Positions 1-8,472 of a stretch of 43,372 nucleotides of DNA are shown in pieces. This stretch comes from Escherichia phage ZCEC5: the sequence record NC_073321.1; one strand, 5' to 3'. The translations under genes were made by a program, and so were the position numbers. Below the pieces are notes generated by a model. That model saw nothing but the letters and a program-made list of their open reading frames with translations, had not been told where the DNA came from and did no database searches. The number at the start of each line of letters is the position of its first letter. Within the stretch, counting starts at the first letter, position 1.

Positions 1-486
1 ATGAGAAACATTAGCAACAATGGCATCAAATTCACCGCAGCGTTTGAGGGATTCCGTGGGACTGCGTATCGTGCTACGCCGAATGAGAAGTACCTGACTA
101 TCGGCTACGGGCACTATGGCCCAGACGTAACCCCAGGTAAGACCATCACACCTGGACAAGGTCTCCTGTTACTGAATCGCGATATGGCTAAGGCCGTAGC
201 TGCGGTTGATGCGGCAGCGCACCGCTCCCTGACACAGTCACAGTTCGACGCAGTATGCGACCTGGTGTATAACGCTGGTGCCGGTGTGATAGCAGCTACT
301 ACCGGCACAGGTAAGGCACTGCGTTCCGGTGATATTGCAACACTGCGTACCAAGCTGGCGCTGTTTATCAACCAGAACGGCAAACCATTACTAGGCCTGC
401 GCCGCCGTACAGCCGGTCGCCTGGCGCTGTTCGATGGCAAACCGTGGCAGGAGGCGGAGGCAATTGGGCGCGCGGTGAAAGGTTGA
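1..486 (+). CDS. Endolysin (phage lysozyme, T4-lysozyme/GH24-like)
   Basis: 161 aa; N-terminal EGFRGTAY...TIGYGHYG lysozyme-like motifs; ORF begins exactly at window start and may be coupled to the HNH gene at the window end if circular. Confidence 0.8.
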   Translation: MRNISNNGIKFTAAFEGFRGTAYRATPNEKYLTIGYGHYGPDVTPGKTITPGQGLLLLNRDMAKAVAAVDAAAHRSLTQSQFDAVCDLVYNAGAGVIAATTGTGKALRSGDIATLRTKLALFINQNGKPLLGLRRRTAGRLALFDGKPWQEAEAIGRAVKG

Positions 487-550
487 CACCTGGGACTAAT
501 CCGACGATACTTAAATCACCTCCTGTTTCATCCCTCTACTCTCCAGTTTT

Positions 551-583
551 ATCCCGGCACTGACCCAGCCGGGATTTTTTTTA
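551..583 (+). terminator. Intrinsic terminator after endolysin
   Basis: GC hairpin ATCCCGGC-loop-GCCGGGAT followed by T8 run. Confidence 0.6.
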
Positions 584-604
584 TCTATTTTCTGCAATGA
601 CTAG

Positions 605-633
605 TTGACTATTATCCTCGACCCTACTATATT
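605..633 (+). promoter_or_regulatory. Sigma70-like promoter TTGACT-17-TATATT for the small-gene array
   Basis: -35 TTGACT at 605-610, 17-bp spacer, -10 TATATT at 628-633; about 33 bp upstream of first small ORF. Confidence 0.45.
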
Positions 634-666
634 TACTTCATCGACAACGAGAACGGAGTAGAGCAG

Positions 667-825
667 ATGAAATTAGTGGACTTTGTAGAGAAACATAACC
701 GCCGCACATGCCGCATGAACCTATGGCTACGCCGTTCACAGAAACGGAATAACGACAAAGTTACTAAGCAAGTAAACCGTTATGTTTCGGCTTTAATCTT
801 TGGGCATGAAATGGCGGTACTATGA
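667..825 (+). CDS. Hypothetical small protein (52 aa)
   Basis: ATG with upstream GGAG; first gene of a chain of ATGA/TGATG-overlapping small ORFs. Confidence 0.4.
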   Translation: MKLVDFVEKHNRRTCRMNLWLRRSQKRNNDKVTKQVNRYVSALIFGHEMAVL

Positions 826-914
826 AAGAATACCCATCAAGTAACTTCCATAATGAGCATGTGATGCAGTTCTACCGTCATAATCTGAAAGCTAAAGGGG
901 TGTTTGGAAAATGA
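822..914 (+). CDS. Hypothetical peptide (30 aa)
   Basis: ATGA overlap with upstream and downstream ORFs; very short, weak support. Confidence 0.25.
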   Translation: MKEYPSSNFHNEHVMQFYRHNLKAKGVFGK

Positions 915-1060
915 AAATCACAGATATCGAAGCATTTGAAGACGCGCAACTGATGGCACGCATCGCCGTCGGTAACCTGAGCAGCAATATCCCGGCGGAC
1001 TCGTTCTGGGCCGCCGCGATGAAGGCACTGAAAGCAGCTTATGCAGGAGAGAAGAAATGA
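911..1060 (+). CDS. Hypothetical small protein (49 aa)
   Basis: ATGA-coupled on both sides. Confidence 0.4.
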   Translation: MKITDIEAFEDAQLMARIAVGNLSSNIPADSFWAAAMKALKAAYAGEKK

Positions 1061-1245
1061 AAGTTAAAGCGGTTGAAGTAGACGCGTCATGTGAATATGT
1101 GACCGAAGGTAGTGTTTATGAGTGCAGCGATTACTTACCTAAACTCGGTCTTGTATTTCTGACCGGAGACGGAGGGGAAGAGGTAATTGGTCTTGTTGAC
1201 GGCGGAAAAGACGCGCATGGTGTTAAATGGGAGATTGTCGAATGA
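1057..1245 (+). CDS. Hypothetical small protein (62 aa)
   Basis: ORF track; ATGA-coupled. Confidence 0.5.
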   Translation: MKVKAVEVDASCEYVTEGSVYECSDYLPKLGLVFLTGDGGEEVIGLVDGGKDAHGVKWEIVE

Positions 1246-1397
1246 GCGAACAAGGTCAAGTAAGCCAACCATTACGAGTAGGACGTAAAGTCAGTAACAC
1301 CCCGTTCCCGACACGTGAGGAGCTAATGAAACGTAACAGTTTCCCGGGTCCGGACAAGAACAAGTATCTCAATCGCATGTGGGGAGAGAAGAAATGA
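1242..1397 (+). CDS. Hypothetical small protein (51 aa)
   Basis: ATGA-coupled; fills the gap between flanking ORFs. Confidence 0.4.
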   Translation: MSEQGQVSQPLRVGRKVSNTPFPTREELMKRNSFPGPDKNKYLNRMWGEKK

Positions 1398-1582
1398 CTG
1401 ACCGTGAATACGAAAAGATGATGGTAGAGGCCGCCAACAGCAAAACAAACGAAGCCTTAAGAGAAATAGCGGTCCTAGATGCCAGGATTAAACACCACGC
1501 ACAATGGGTAGACATTCTTATGGAGCGTCGCCGTGAGTTGATTAACCGCTTCAACCTGAACAAAGGTGCCACCAATGCCTAA
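1394..1582 (+). CDS. Hypothetical small protein (62 aa)
   Basis: Same frame as ORF-track 1379..1582; ATG at 1394 overlaps upstream stop (ATGA). Confidence 0.5.
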   Translation: MTDREYEKMMVEAANSKTNEALREIAVLDARIKHHAQWVDILMERRRELINRFNLNKGATNA

Positions 1583-1760
1583 AATCACAATCGCATCACT
1601 CGAGCTCCGTATTATGGTGCTTGAGTCAGAGAAACAGGCGTTAGGCGGGCAACTGTCAATTAACGGCGAATTTCAACTGGAGGCGTTTAAGTTGTTGCTT
1701 GAGCGCATGAAGGACGAGGAAAATTGGGCACATTCCTTGCAAGACCTCTGGCAATACTAA
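1575..1760 (+). CDS. Hypothetical small protein (61 aa)
   Basis: ORF-track 1566..1760 frame; first ATG at 1575 (GTG at 1566 possible). Confidence 0.45.
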   Translation: MPKITIASLELRIMVLESEKQALGGQLSINGEFQLEAFKLLLERMKDEENWAHSLQDLWQY

Positions 1761-1762
1761 AT

Positions 1763-1945
1763 ATGAAAGCGCCTGAACCAGTAGTTATTGATGGCGTCCT
1801 GTGGAAACCCTACTCGGTTAACCACATCGACGCCGACGGGAAGAAGTTTAGCTTCTACATTTTTGCAATTAGCCGAGAGCACGCCGCTTGTGTAGTCGAC
1901 GATATACGAGAAACGGCGTGGCTTGGTGATGAGATAGTGGGGTGA
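1763..1945 (+). CDS. Hypothetical small protein (60 aa)
   Basis: ORF-track 1724..1945 frame; ATG at 1763 directly after upstream stop. Confidence 0.45.
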   Translation: MKAPEPVVIDGVLWKPYSVNHIDADGKKFSFYIFAISREHAACVVDDIRETAWLGDEIVG

Positions 1946-1949
1946 GAGT

Positions 1950-2033
1950 ATGAGTCTGGAGGTGGTTATTGGCCTGGTCGGTCTTAGTTACTTCATTGGG
2001 CTGTTGGTTGGATTTCTGTGGGGTAGATACTAA
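1950..2033 (+). CDS. Hypothetical single-TM peptide (27 aa)
   Basis: MSLEVVIGLVGLSYFIGLLVGFLWGRY, hydrophobic; stop overlaps next ATG (TAATG). Confidence 0.3.
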   Translation: MSLEVVIGLVGLSYFIGLLVGFLWGRY

Positions 2034-2203
2034 TGTTCAGTGACATCAACGCAGCAATCGAAGAAGCAATCTGGCGTCGCTACAACGGCGGGCAACAACG
2101 GCACTTCTGCCTGGTGCAGCGTGGTAACATGATTGCCGTAGTACAGGACCGTGATAACAAATATCCGAATGCGATGTGGACAACGAGGAATTTCTTAGGA
2201 TGA
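2033..2203 (+). CDS. Hypothetical small protein (56 aa)
   Basis: ATGA-coupled to the next ORF. Confidence 0.4.
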   Translation: MFSDINAAIEEAIWRRYNGGQQRHFCLVQRGNMIAVVQDRDNKYPNAMWTTRNFLG

Positions 2204-2436
2204 TTACCAGCATTCCGAACCTGATTAAAGAATTTGGCACGATGGCTGAGACATGCCGACAAACCGGCATCAACGAAATGACGATTGCGAAGTACAGCAA
2301 AGACGTTGATTGCGAGCGCCACGTAATTTATAACAATCGTCTCATGACGCACGTTAAGACAAGCCCGGTGTTATTCACGCGCCGGGGTATCACTAAAACC
2401 GAGCAACGCATTTCGCGAGAGGAGAGTGGGGAATGA
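2200..2436 (+). CDS. Hypothetical small protein (78 aa)
   Basis: ORF-track 2176..2436 frame; ATG at 2200 overlaps upstream stop. Confidence 0.5.
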   Translation: MITSIPNLIKEFGTMAETCRQTGINEMTIAKYSKDVDCERHVIYNNRLMTHVKTSPVLFTRRGITKTEQRISREESGE

Positions 2437-2633
2437 GCGAAAAACTATTGTTACGTATGCTGCATACGCTTCTTGACGACAACGGGCAGGTGATATTCCA
2501 GTTTACCGGGCGCTACGACCTCCTAATCGATGTCTCTGATGGAACATTTGCTATTGGCGTCGAGTTTGTAGAAAGGGGTGATGCGTTCCAGTATCTAAGT
2601 GATAATTACGACGTACTGGAAGATATTTGCTGA
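2433..2633 (+). CDS. Hypothetical small protein (66 aa)
   Basis: ORF track; ATGA overlap. Confidence 0.5.
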   Translation: MSEKLLLRMLHTLLDDNGQVIFQFTGRYDLLIDVSDGTFAIGVEFVERGDAFQYLSDNYDVLEDIC

Positions 2634-2748
2634 TGAAACTGTTAATCATCCCTAACGCCTGGACTATAGCCGTAGCTAACGACCATTACGGCGGCGATGG
2701 TAAAAGAGCACCACGACACCGTTTATACAACTGATTGGAGAGTGAAAA

Positions 2749-2898
2749 ATGGTTGAATTCGATGATGTTTCATTTGAGGAGCCCATAGACCGGGTTGTTT
2801 TAATAGTGTATTGGGGCTTTTACTCAAAAGCATTCGAAGGCGACACGAAAGCAGATTGCATAAATCAATTACTGCAATGGGTCACAAGCCGAAAATAA
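2749..2898 (+). CDS. Hypothetical small protein (49 aa)
   Basis: Strong RBS GGAGAG upstream of ATG; followed by terminator. Confidence 0.35.
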   Translation: MVEFDDVSFEEPIDRVVLIVYWGFYSKAFEGDTKADCINQLLQWVTSRK

Positions 2899-2906
2899 CA
2901 ACACCA

Positions 2907-2932
2907 AAAGCCCTCCGTAGAGGGCTTTTCTG
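2907..2932 (+). terminator. Intrinsic terminator ending the small-gene array
   Basis: Hairpin AAAGCCCTC-CGTA-GAGGGCTTT followed by TTCTGT. Confidence 0.55.
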
Positions 2933-2960
2933 TACATCCCGCCCAATCCCCTTATATAAT
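2931..2960 (+). promoter_or_regulatory. Candidate promoter upstream of terminase genes
   Basis: Perfect -10 TATAAT at 2955-2960; weak -35 TGTACA 18 bp upstream. Confidence 0.35.
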
Positions 2961-3025
2961 CCCTTTAGACGCGTAGGGCGCGTCTGATGCGCTCTGATGG
3001 TCAGACGCATATGCAAGGGGATTCT

Positions 3026-3535
3026 ATGAAGCTGAAACTTAAGCAGCCATCGCCAGAGGTGGTGCAAGCTGCACATGAAGAAGCTGTTAGTGCAAACCGT
3101 CGCCGTAAACGACCGCGCGGTAAACAGAGCCTTTATCAATCATCCCGTAATTCCGCTGCGTTGTGGGACCCGGACTATTGCGACGCGTTAATCGAGTTCT
3201 TCGACCGCACGTCATGGGAGCTTGTGCCAACGTCTAAGGGTGATGAACGCCCGCTGATTCAGGATAAACCGCCATCGCTCGCCCGCTTTGCCCTACACAT
3301 CGGCGTCACTATCCCGATTATCAAGCTGTGGCTGCGTGAGATACCCGCGTTTGCAGAAGCCTATGAAACAGCACAGGCGCTGGAAGAGGCGTATTTCACT
3401 GAGACAGGGGCCGCGGGTATCTCCGCTACGTTCGCTGCCGCTAAGCTGGGGCTGAATAAAACTGTTGCCACTGAAGAAGTACGCGACGAGCCAATCAGTG
3501 AAGTAACAATTAAGGTGGTGTCCGGTGAACGTTAA
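3026..3535 (+). CDS. Terminase small subunit (putative)
   Basis: Position immediately upstream of and overlapping terminase large subunit; basic N-terminal region; RBS AAGGGGA before ATG 3026 (ORF-track frame 2987..3535). Confidence 0.6.
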   Translation: MKLKLKQPSPEVVQAAHEEAVSANRRRKRPRGKQSLYQSSRNSAALWDPDYCDALIEFFDRTSWELVPTSKGDERPLIQDKPPSLARFALHIGVTIPIIKLWLREIPAFAEAYETAQALEEAYFTETGAAGISATFAAAKLGLNKTVATEEVRDEPISEVTIKVVSGER

Positions 3536-4796
3536 TATCACGGCAACGGAACCGCAAGGCGCGTTTCTCGGTATGCACTGCAAGTTCCCTGCCTTCGTAG
3601 CGGGATTTGGCACTGGCAAATCCGAAGTCATGTGCAACTCTGCACTACTCGATAGCATGGAAGGTGGTAGCGATTCTATCATCGCCATGTATGAGCCAAC
3701 ATACGACCTTGTGCGTCTTATCCTTGCGCCGCGTATGGAAGAAAAACTCACCGACTGGGGTGTGAGGTACAAATACAACAAGTCCGACAACATAATCTAT
3801 ACATCATCCGGACAATTCGGTGATTTTGTTCTGCGTACACTAGATAATCCAGCACGAATCGTTGGTTACGAATCGTTTCGCGCAAAAATCGACGAGTTGG
3901 ACACCCTTAACATGGAACACGCTGAGCACGCGTGGAACAAAGTCATCGCCCGTAACCGCCAGTTACCGCGGACATATAAACCTATTACACCTAAACCGGC
4001 TAATACCGTTTCCGTGTTCACTACGCCGGAGGGATTCCGTTTCGTACATGACCGATGGGTGGTCAAAAAGAACCCTGGTTACGAGATGATTCAGGCATCC
4101 ACCCTGTCTAACCCGTTCCTGCCAGAAGATTATGTGCAGTCATTGCGTGACACCTATCCGGGTCAGTTGATCGACGCCTACATCAACGGCGAATTTGTCA
4201 ACCTAACGGCGGGAACCGTCTACTACGCTTACGACCGCAGGAAAAACAGCAGCCGCGAAACAATCAAGCCCGGCGAGACTCTGTATATCGGGCAGGACTT
4301 TAACGTAGGTCACATGGCGAGCACAGTTTACGTGCAACGGGGTAAAGTCTGGCATGCCGTTGCCGAGTTGGTTGATATGTTCGACACCCCGGATGTAGTG
4401 CGGGCCATAACTGAGCGATGGAAAAGTAAGGGCCACTATATCGTTATGTACCCGGACGCCAGCGGCAAAAACCGTAAAAGCAACAACGCCAGTACCTCTG
4501 ACATCGCCCAATTACAGCAGGCCGGGTTCGAAGTGCGTGCAAAATCGACAAACCCACCGGTTAAAGACCGCGTATCGGCGATGAATAAGGCGCTTGAATC
4601 TGGTATGGTCATGATTAACGAACAGGCTTGCCCGGTTACTGCTCGATGCCTGGAGCAACAGGCCTACGACAAGAACGGCGAACCGGATAAATCAGGTGGT
4701 GTGGACCACCAGAATGATGGAACCACATATCCTATCGCGTATGAAATGCCGATTCGCAAACCAGTAATCAACGTCCCGGTGACTTTCGCACTTTAA
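3525..4796 (+). CDS. Terminase large subunit
   Basis: 423 aa; Walker A-like GFGTGKS near N-terminus; GTG start with RBS AAGGTGG; gene order terS-terL-portal. Confidence 0.85.
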   Translation: MNVNITATEPQGAFLGMHCKFPAFVAGFGTGKSEVMCNSALLDSMEGGSDSIIAMYEPTYDLVRLILAPRMEEKLTDWGVRYKYNKSDNIIYTSSGQFGDFVLRTLDNPARIVGYESFRAKIDELDTLNMEHAEHAWNKVIARNRQLPRTYKPITPKPANTVSVFTTPEGFRFVHDRWVVKKNPGYEMIQASTLSNPFLPEDYVQSLRDTYPGQLIDAYINGEFVNLTAGTVYYAYDRRKNSSRETIKPGETLYIGQDFNVGHMASTVYVQRGKVWHAVAELVDMFDTPDVVRAITERWKSKGHYIVMYPDASGKNRKSNNASTSDIAQLQQAGFEVRAKSTNPPVKDRVSAMNKALESGMVMINEQACPVTARCLEQQAYDKNGEPDKSGGVDHQNDGTTYPIAYEMPIRKPVINVPVTFAL

Positions 4797-4804
4797 GAGG
4801 ATTT

Positions 4805-5029
4805 ATGGACCAACTAGCTATAGCTTTCACTGGCGTAATAGCCATCTTTCTTACTCAGCAATCCAACCAGAAGTGGAAGAGATTCGCTTGTTTGTTTGGT
4901 ATTGCTGGGCAGCCTTTCTGGATTTATAGCGCGATAGTAAACCAGCAATGGGGTATTCTTGCGCTGTGCCTTTTCTACGCCTATAGCTGGGGGCTTGGCG
5001 TCTACAATAATTGGATTAAGAATACGTAA
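4805..5029 (+). CDS. Small membrane protein (74 aa, about 3 TM segments)
   Basis: Hydrophobic segments; strong RBS AAGAGGA; between terminase and portal. Confidence 0.5.
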   Translation: MDQLAIAFTGVIAIFLTQQSNQKWKRFACLFGIAGQPFWIYSAIVNQQWGILALCLFYAYSWGLGVYNNWIKNT

Positions 5030-5074
5030 ACCATGCCAACAGCAAACACTAACGCGCTCTAAGAGGATTATTCA

Positions 5075-6550
5075 ATGTTAACTATGAACGGTCAGAATCA
5101 GGGTGTTAAGACAAAACACCGGGAATGGCTGCATCACTTCGATAAATGGCAGAAGGTACGCCACGCACTGGAAGGCGACCTTATTCGCTATCTGCGCAAT
5201 GTCGGGAAGAACGAACCCGACCCGACCTACGCTGCACAGCGCCAGGAAGAATATGAGAACGGCGCTATCTGCTACAACTTCACTAAACGTACCCTGGCTG
5301 GAATGGTGGGGTCGGTAATGCGCAAAGACCCTGAGCAAATTATCCCGCCTGAAATGGAGTACCTGCTACGTAACGCCGACGGTTCCGGTGTCGGGCTGTG
5401 GCAGCACGCGCAGGACACTTTGATGGAGATTGACTCGGTGGGCCGTGGCGGGTTGCTGGTTGACGCCCCGGAGACAGCTGCGGCAACGGCGGCAGAGCAG
5501 AACGCGGGATTATTAAACCCGGTCATCGCATTCTACACCGCAGAGAACATTATCAACTGGCGCCTGACCCGCATCGGTTCAGTTAACCGTGTGACGATGA
5601 TTGTATTGCGTGAGGTGTGGGAATACTCGGAACCGGGCGCAGAGTTCGAAACAAAATTCGGTGAGCAATACCGCGTTCTCGATTTGATTGACGGGCGCTA
5701 CCGCCAGCGCATTTACCGCTTCGATGCCGAAGGTGGTGCTCAGGATGACGTAATCGAAATCTTCCCGGAACTTGGCGAACAGTTACGCGGCAAAATCCCG
5801 TTCACGTTCATCGGGGCAAGCAACAACGACGCAACCATTGACGACGCGCCTCTACTGCCGTTAGCTGAGCTTAATATCGGACATTTCCGCAACAGTGCGG
5901 ACAACGAGGAGTCCAGTTTTGTTGTAGGGCAGCCTACTCTGTTTATCGCCCCCGGCGAGAACATGAGCATGGAACAGTGGAAAGAGGCTAACCCCCACGG
6001 CGTCCGCATGGGGTCGCGTTCAGGCCATAACATTGGTTACGGCGGCAATGCGTTTCTGGTCCAGGCGGGGGAGAACAACCTCGCCAAACAGAACATGCTG
6101 GATAAAGAAAATCAGGCTATCCAGATTGGTGCGCAGCTTATCACCCCGACGCAGCAAATCACCGCTGAATCAGCACGCCTGCAACGCGGTGCTGATACGT
6201 CTGTTATGGCGACAATCGCGCGTAACGTAAGCATGGCGTACACTGATGCGTTGCGCTGGGTAGCTGCAATGCTAGGGCTACGCGAAGACACAGATATTGA
6301 GTTCAAGCTGAATATGGAGTTCTTCCTGCAACCGATGTCCGCTCAGGACCGTGCACAGTGGATGGCGGATATTAATGCAGGCTTGTTACCGGCTACCGCT
6401 TACTATGCTGCGTTGCGTAAGGCCGGGGTAACCGACTGGACAGATGAGGATATCCAGAACGCTATCGAGGATACACCGCTGCCGGTTTTTACACAGACTA
6501 CCGGGGAAATTACGGCTACAGCACAGCATGATGAAGAGGCGCAGCAATGA
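5075..6550 (+). CDS. Portal protein (putative)
   Basis: 491 aa, position after terL, size typical of portal; RBS AAGAGGA. Confidence 0.7.
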   Translation: MLTMNGQNQGVKTKHREWLHHFDKWQKVRHALEGDLIRYLRNVGKNEPDPTYAAQRQEEYENGAICYNFTKRTLAGMVGSVMRKDPEQIIPPEMEYLLRNADGSGVGLWQHAQDTLMEIDSVGRGGLLVDAPETAAATAAEQNAGLLNPVIAFYTAENIINWRLTRIGSVNRVTMIVLREVWEYSEPGAEFETKFGEQYRVLDLIDGRYRQRIYRFDAEGGAQDDVIEIFPELGEQLRGKIPFTFIGASNNDATIDDAPLLPLAELNIGHFRNSADNEESSFVVGQPTLFIAPGENMSMEQWKEANPHGVRMGSRSGHNIGYGGNAFLVQAGENNLAKQNMLDKENQAIQIGAQLITPTQQITAESARLQRGADTSVMATIARNVSMAYTDALRWVAAMLGLREDTDIEFKLNMEFFLQPMSAQDRAQWMADINAGLLPATAYYAALRKAGVTDWTDEDIQNAIEDTPLPVFTQTTGEITATAQHDEEAQQ

Positions 6551-7602
6551 GCAAGCTATCGCAGATGATTATCAGCCATCAAATATGGCTACAGAGACTA
6601 GGAACGCAAACAGCGTCGCTGTCCGTCCCCTTCGTCAATAAGATGCGTGCGGAGGTGCGCGACGCGGTGCTTAAGTTCGGTGACGACGCGCGCACAGTGA
6701 AGAAGCTGAATAAAATGCTGGCAAGCCTGGATGGCGTCCTGGATGACGTCACCGGCGACTGGAAGAGCACGATAGAGAAGAGCCTGCGCGAGATTGCCGA
6801 CTACGAGAATAAGTGGTTTATCCATACGCTGGAGGCCAACACGAAGCCGAAAACGTTCATTACTGGACCTACGGCAGAAGAACTGTGGTCGCGTATCAAG
6901 TTCGCACCACTGGCGCTGAGTAACGCACCTGTTGGTGTTATGGACCTGATGTCCGGTTGGGCTCAGACCGAGCGTAACCGCCTTGTGCGTGGCGTACAGA
7001 CAGGCTTTGTGCAGGGGCAGACAACCCGCCAAATTGTCTCTGCCGTTGTGGGTCCCGGTGGCCTGGCAGATATCTCTGAGCGCAACGTAATGACGGTAGT
7101 CCGAACAGCAGTGAGCCACGTATCGAACACGGCGCGAGATTCTGTGTACGACAGCAACAGCGATATTGTGAGCAAATATCAGTGGGTATCTACGCTCGAC
7201 AGCCGCACTTCGACTGTATGTAAGTCGCGCGACGGCCAGAAATATGACGTAGGCAGAGGGCCTATGCCCCCCGCACACCCAAACTGCCGCAGTACCACTA
7301 TCCCGGTAATCGAAGATGACTTCCTGGACTTTCTCGACGAGGGGGCTAAGCGGGCGGCACGCGGGGCGGACGGTGGTACTCAGGTAAGCGCGGACACCAC
7401 TTACTACGAGTTCCTTAAACAACAACCAGCGTGGTTCCAGGACCAGGCGCTCGGCCCGGTGCGCGGTAAGATTTTCCGCAACAGCGGTATATCACCAGAA
7501 GAGTTTCGCGTAATATCTGTAGATGGTTTCGGGAATCCGCTGACGCTTAAGCAGATGGCGGAACTCGATAAACGTGTTGCTGATTATCTGAAAGGGGAAT
7601 AA
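6547..7602 (+). CDS. Head morphogenesis protein (minor head protein, Mu F/SPP1 gp7-like)
   Basis: 351 aa, ATGA-coupled to portal; position and size typical. Confidence 0.65.
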   Translation: MSKLSQMIISHQIWLQRLGTQTASLSVPFVNKMRAEVRDAVLKFGDDARTVKKLNKMLASLDGVLDDVTGDWKSTIEKSLREIADYENKWFIHTLEANTKPKTFITGPTAEELWSRIKFAPLALSNAPVGVMDLMSGWAQTERNRLVRGVQTGFVQGQTTRQIVSAVVGPGGLADISERNVMTVVRTAVSHVSNTARDSVYDSNSDIVSKYQWVSTLDSRTSTVCKSRDGQKYDVGRGPMPPAHPNCRSTTIPVIEDDFLDFLDEGAKRAARGADGGTQVSADTTYYEFLKQQPAWFQDQALGPVRGKIFRNSGISPEEFRVISVDGFGNPLTLKQMAELDKRVADYLKGE

Positions 7603-8063
7603 TGATGGGCTTTTTCAAAATTACTGATGTACCGTCGCGTCGCGTAGTCCAGTTTGCCCGTGTGTCTGGCTCTGGCGAGAACGTGGTGTTTATTGAGGAT
7701 GAAAGTGAACTGGGTACACCAGTAGACGATATGCCGTTTGCAGATAAAACCGGTATTGCGCTACCAGCGGCGGGCATGCTTTACGAGATTCCGTATCTGG
7801 CGGACGCTGGTGACGTGTATTTCTCTGCGCAACCGCAGGACGCTGAACTGGCGGGCGGCAGCGCAACTATCACTGTCGAAGTTAAAGCCGGTAAAGCGCC
7901 ATACTCGCTGACCTGGTACAAAGACGGTAAGGAAGTGGTCAATGCCCCGGAAGAGGCTTTGTCTCTGACAGTTAATGCTGTAGGTGAATACTTCGTTAAA
8001 GTTACTGATGCCGATGGTGTAGAGGCTGTGAGTAAAGCGGCGAAGGTTACTAAGCCAGAATGA
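7602..8063 (+). CDS. Ig-like domain protein (possible head decoration)
   Basis: C-terminal Ig-like signature (TITVEVKAG...YSLTWYKDGKEV...GEYFVKVTDADG); paralogous to the 11084 product. Confidence 0.55.
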   Translation: MMGFFKITDVPSRRVVQFARVSGSGENVVFIEDESELGTPVDDMPFADKTGIALPAAGMLYEIPYLADAGDVYFSAQPQDAELAGGSATITVEVKAGKAPYSLTWYKDGKEVVNAPEEALSLTVNAVGEYFVKVTDADGVEAVSKAAKVTKPE

Positions 8064-8066
8064 TAA

Positions 8067-8093
8067 AAGGCCCCGTTAAGGGGCCTTAGTTTT
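8067..8093. terminator. Bidirectional intrinsic terminator
   Basis: AAGGCCCC-GTTAA-GGGGCCTT flanked by A-run and T-run; sits between convergent genes. Confidence 0.6.
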
Positions 8094-8316
8094 AAACTTC
8101 CACGTCTATTACCAAATCATCTGGTACGGTTATTACTATTTTATCGTTTTCATAGAATGGGTTAAGAGGCTCATTTTCAGGCTGCAGACGTAAAGTTATC
8201 TTTTTACCGCCAAGATAATTTATGTAACGAACCCAGTACCATTGGTCAAATACTTCCACCTTATCACCTGGGCATACGTCCGAGGCCTTCTTCTGATTCA
8301 TATATCTTACTGGCAT
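8092..8316 (-). CDS. Hypothetical protein (74 aa), opposite-strand accessory gene
   Basis: Perfect RBS AGGAGG, own promoter, terminated by the bidirectional hairpin. Confidence 0.55.
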   Translation of the reverse strand: MPVRYMNQKKASDVCPGDKVEVFDQWYWVRYINYLGGKKITLRLQPENEPLNPFYENDKIVITVPDDLVIDVEV

Positions 8317-8342
8317 ACATACCTCCTGTCTAAGTTAACTGA

Positions 8343-8371
8343 ATAGTAGCCTATTATGCTGGGGTGCGCAA
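8343..8371 (-). promoter_or_regulatory. Class B promoter TTGCGC-17-TACTAT containing palindrome AATAGGCTACTATT
   Basis: Near-identical copies at 16926-16954 (-), 39509-39537 (+) and 40677-40705 (+). Confidence 0.5.
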
Positions 8372-8423
8372 ACTGTTTATTTACGTATTCCAGTTATTCC
8401 ACAGAATTGCAAATGTTGGAATA

Positions 8424-8439
8424 AACTATTCGAATAGTT
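8424..8439. promoter_or_regulatory. Perfect 16-bp palindrome AACTATTCGAATAGTT (operator-like)
   Basis: Overlaps -35 of the 8438 promoter; half-sites are the same CTATT/AATAG pentamers as the promoter palindromes, inverted. Confidence 0.45.
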
Positions 8440-8466
8440 GACTTTTCACTGAAAATGTGCTAAGCT
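8438..8466 (+). promoter_or_regulatory. Sigma70-like promoter TTGACT-17-TAAGCT with TG extension
   Basis: -35 TTGACT 8438-8443; TGc immediately upstream of -10 TAAGCT 8461-8466. Confidence 0.45.
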
Positions 8467-8472
8467 CCACCT

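Noticed and set aside
3293-3793. 166-aa minus-strand ORF
   Set aside because: Antisense across the terS/terL junction.
4805-5029. 74-aa membrane protein as the holin
   Set aside because: It sits between terminase and portal, far from the endolysin; the 3-TM protein at 42292-42600 adjacent to the endolysin across the junction is a better holin candidate. Kept as a generic membrane protein.
6598-7425. 275-aa ORF on the minus strand
   Set aside because: Fully inside the head morphogenesis gene on the opposite strand, Arg/Cys-rich with no start context; antisense artefact.
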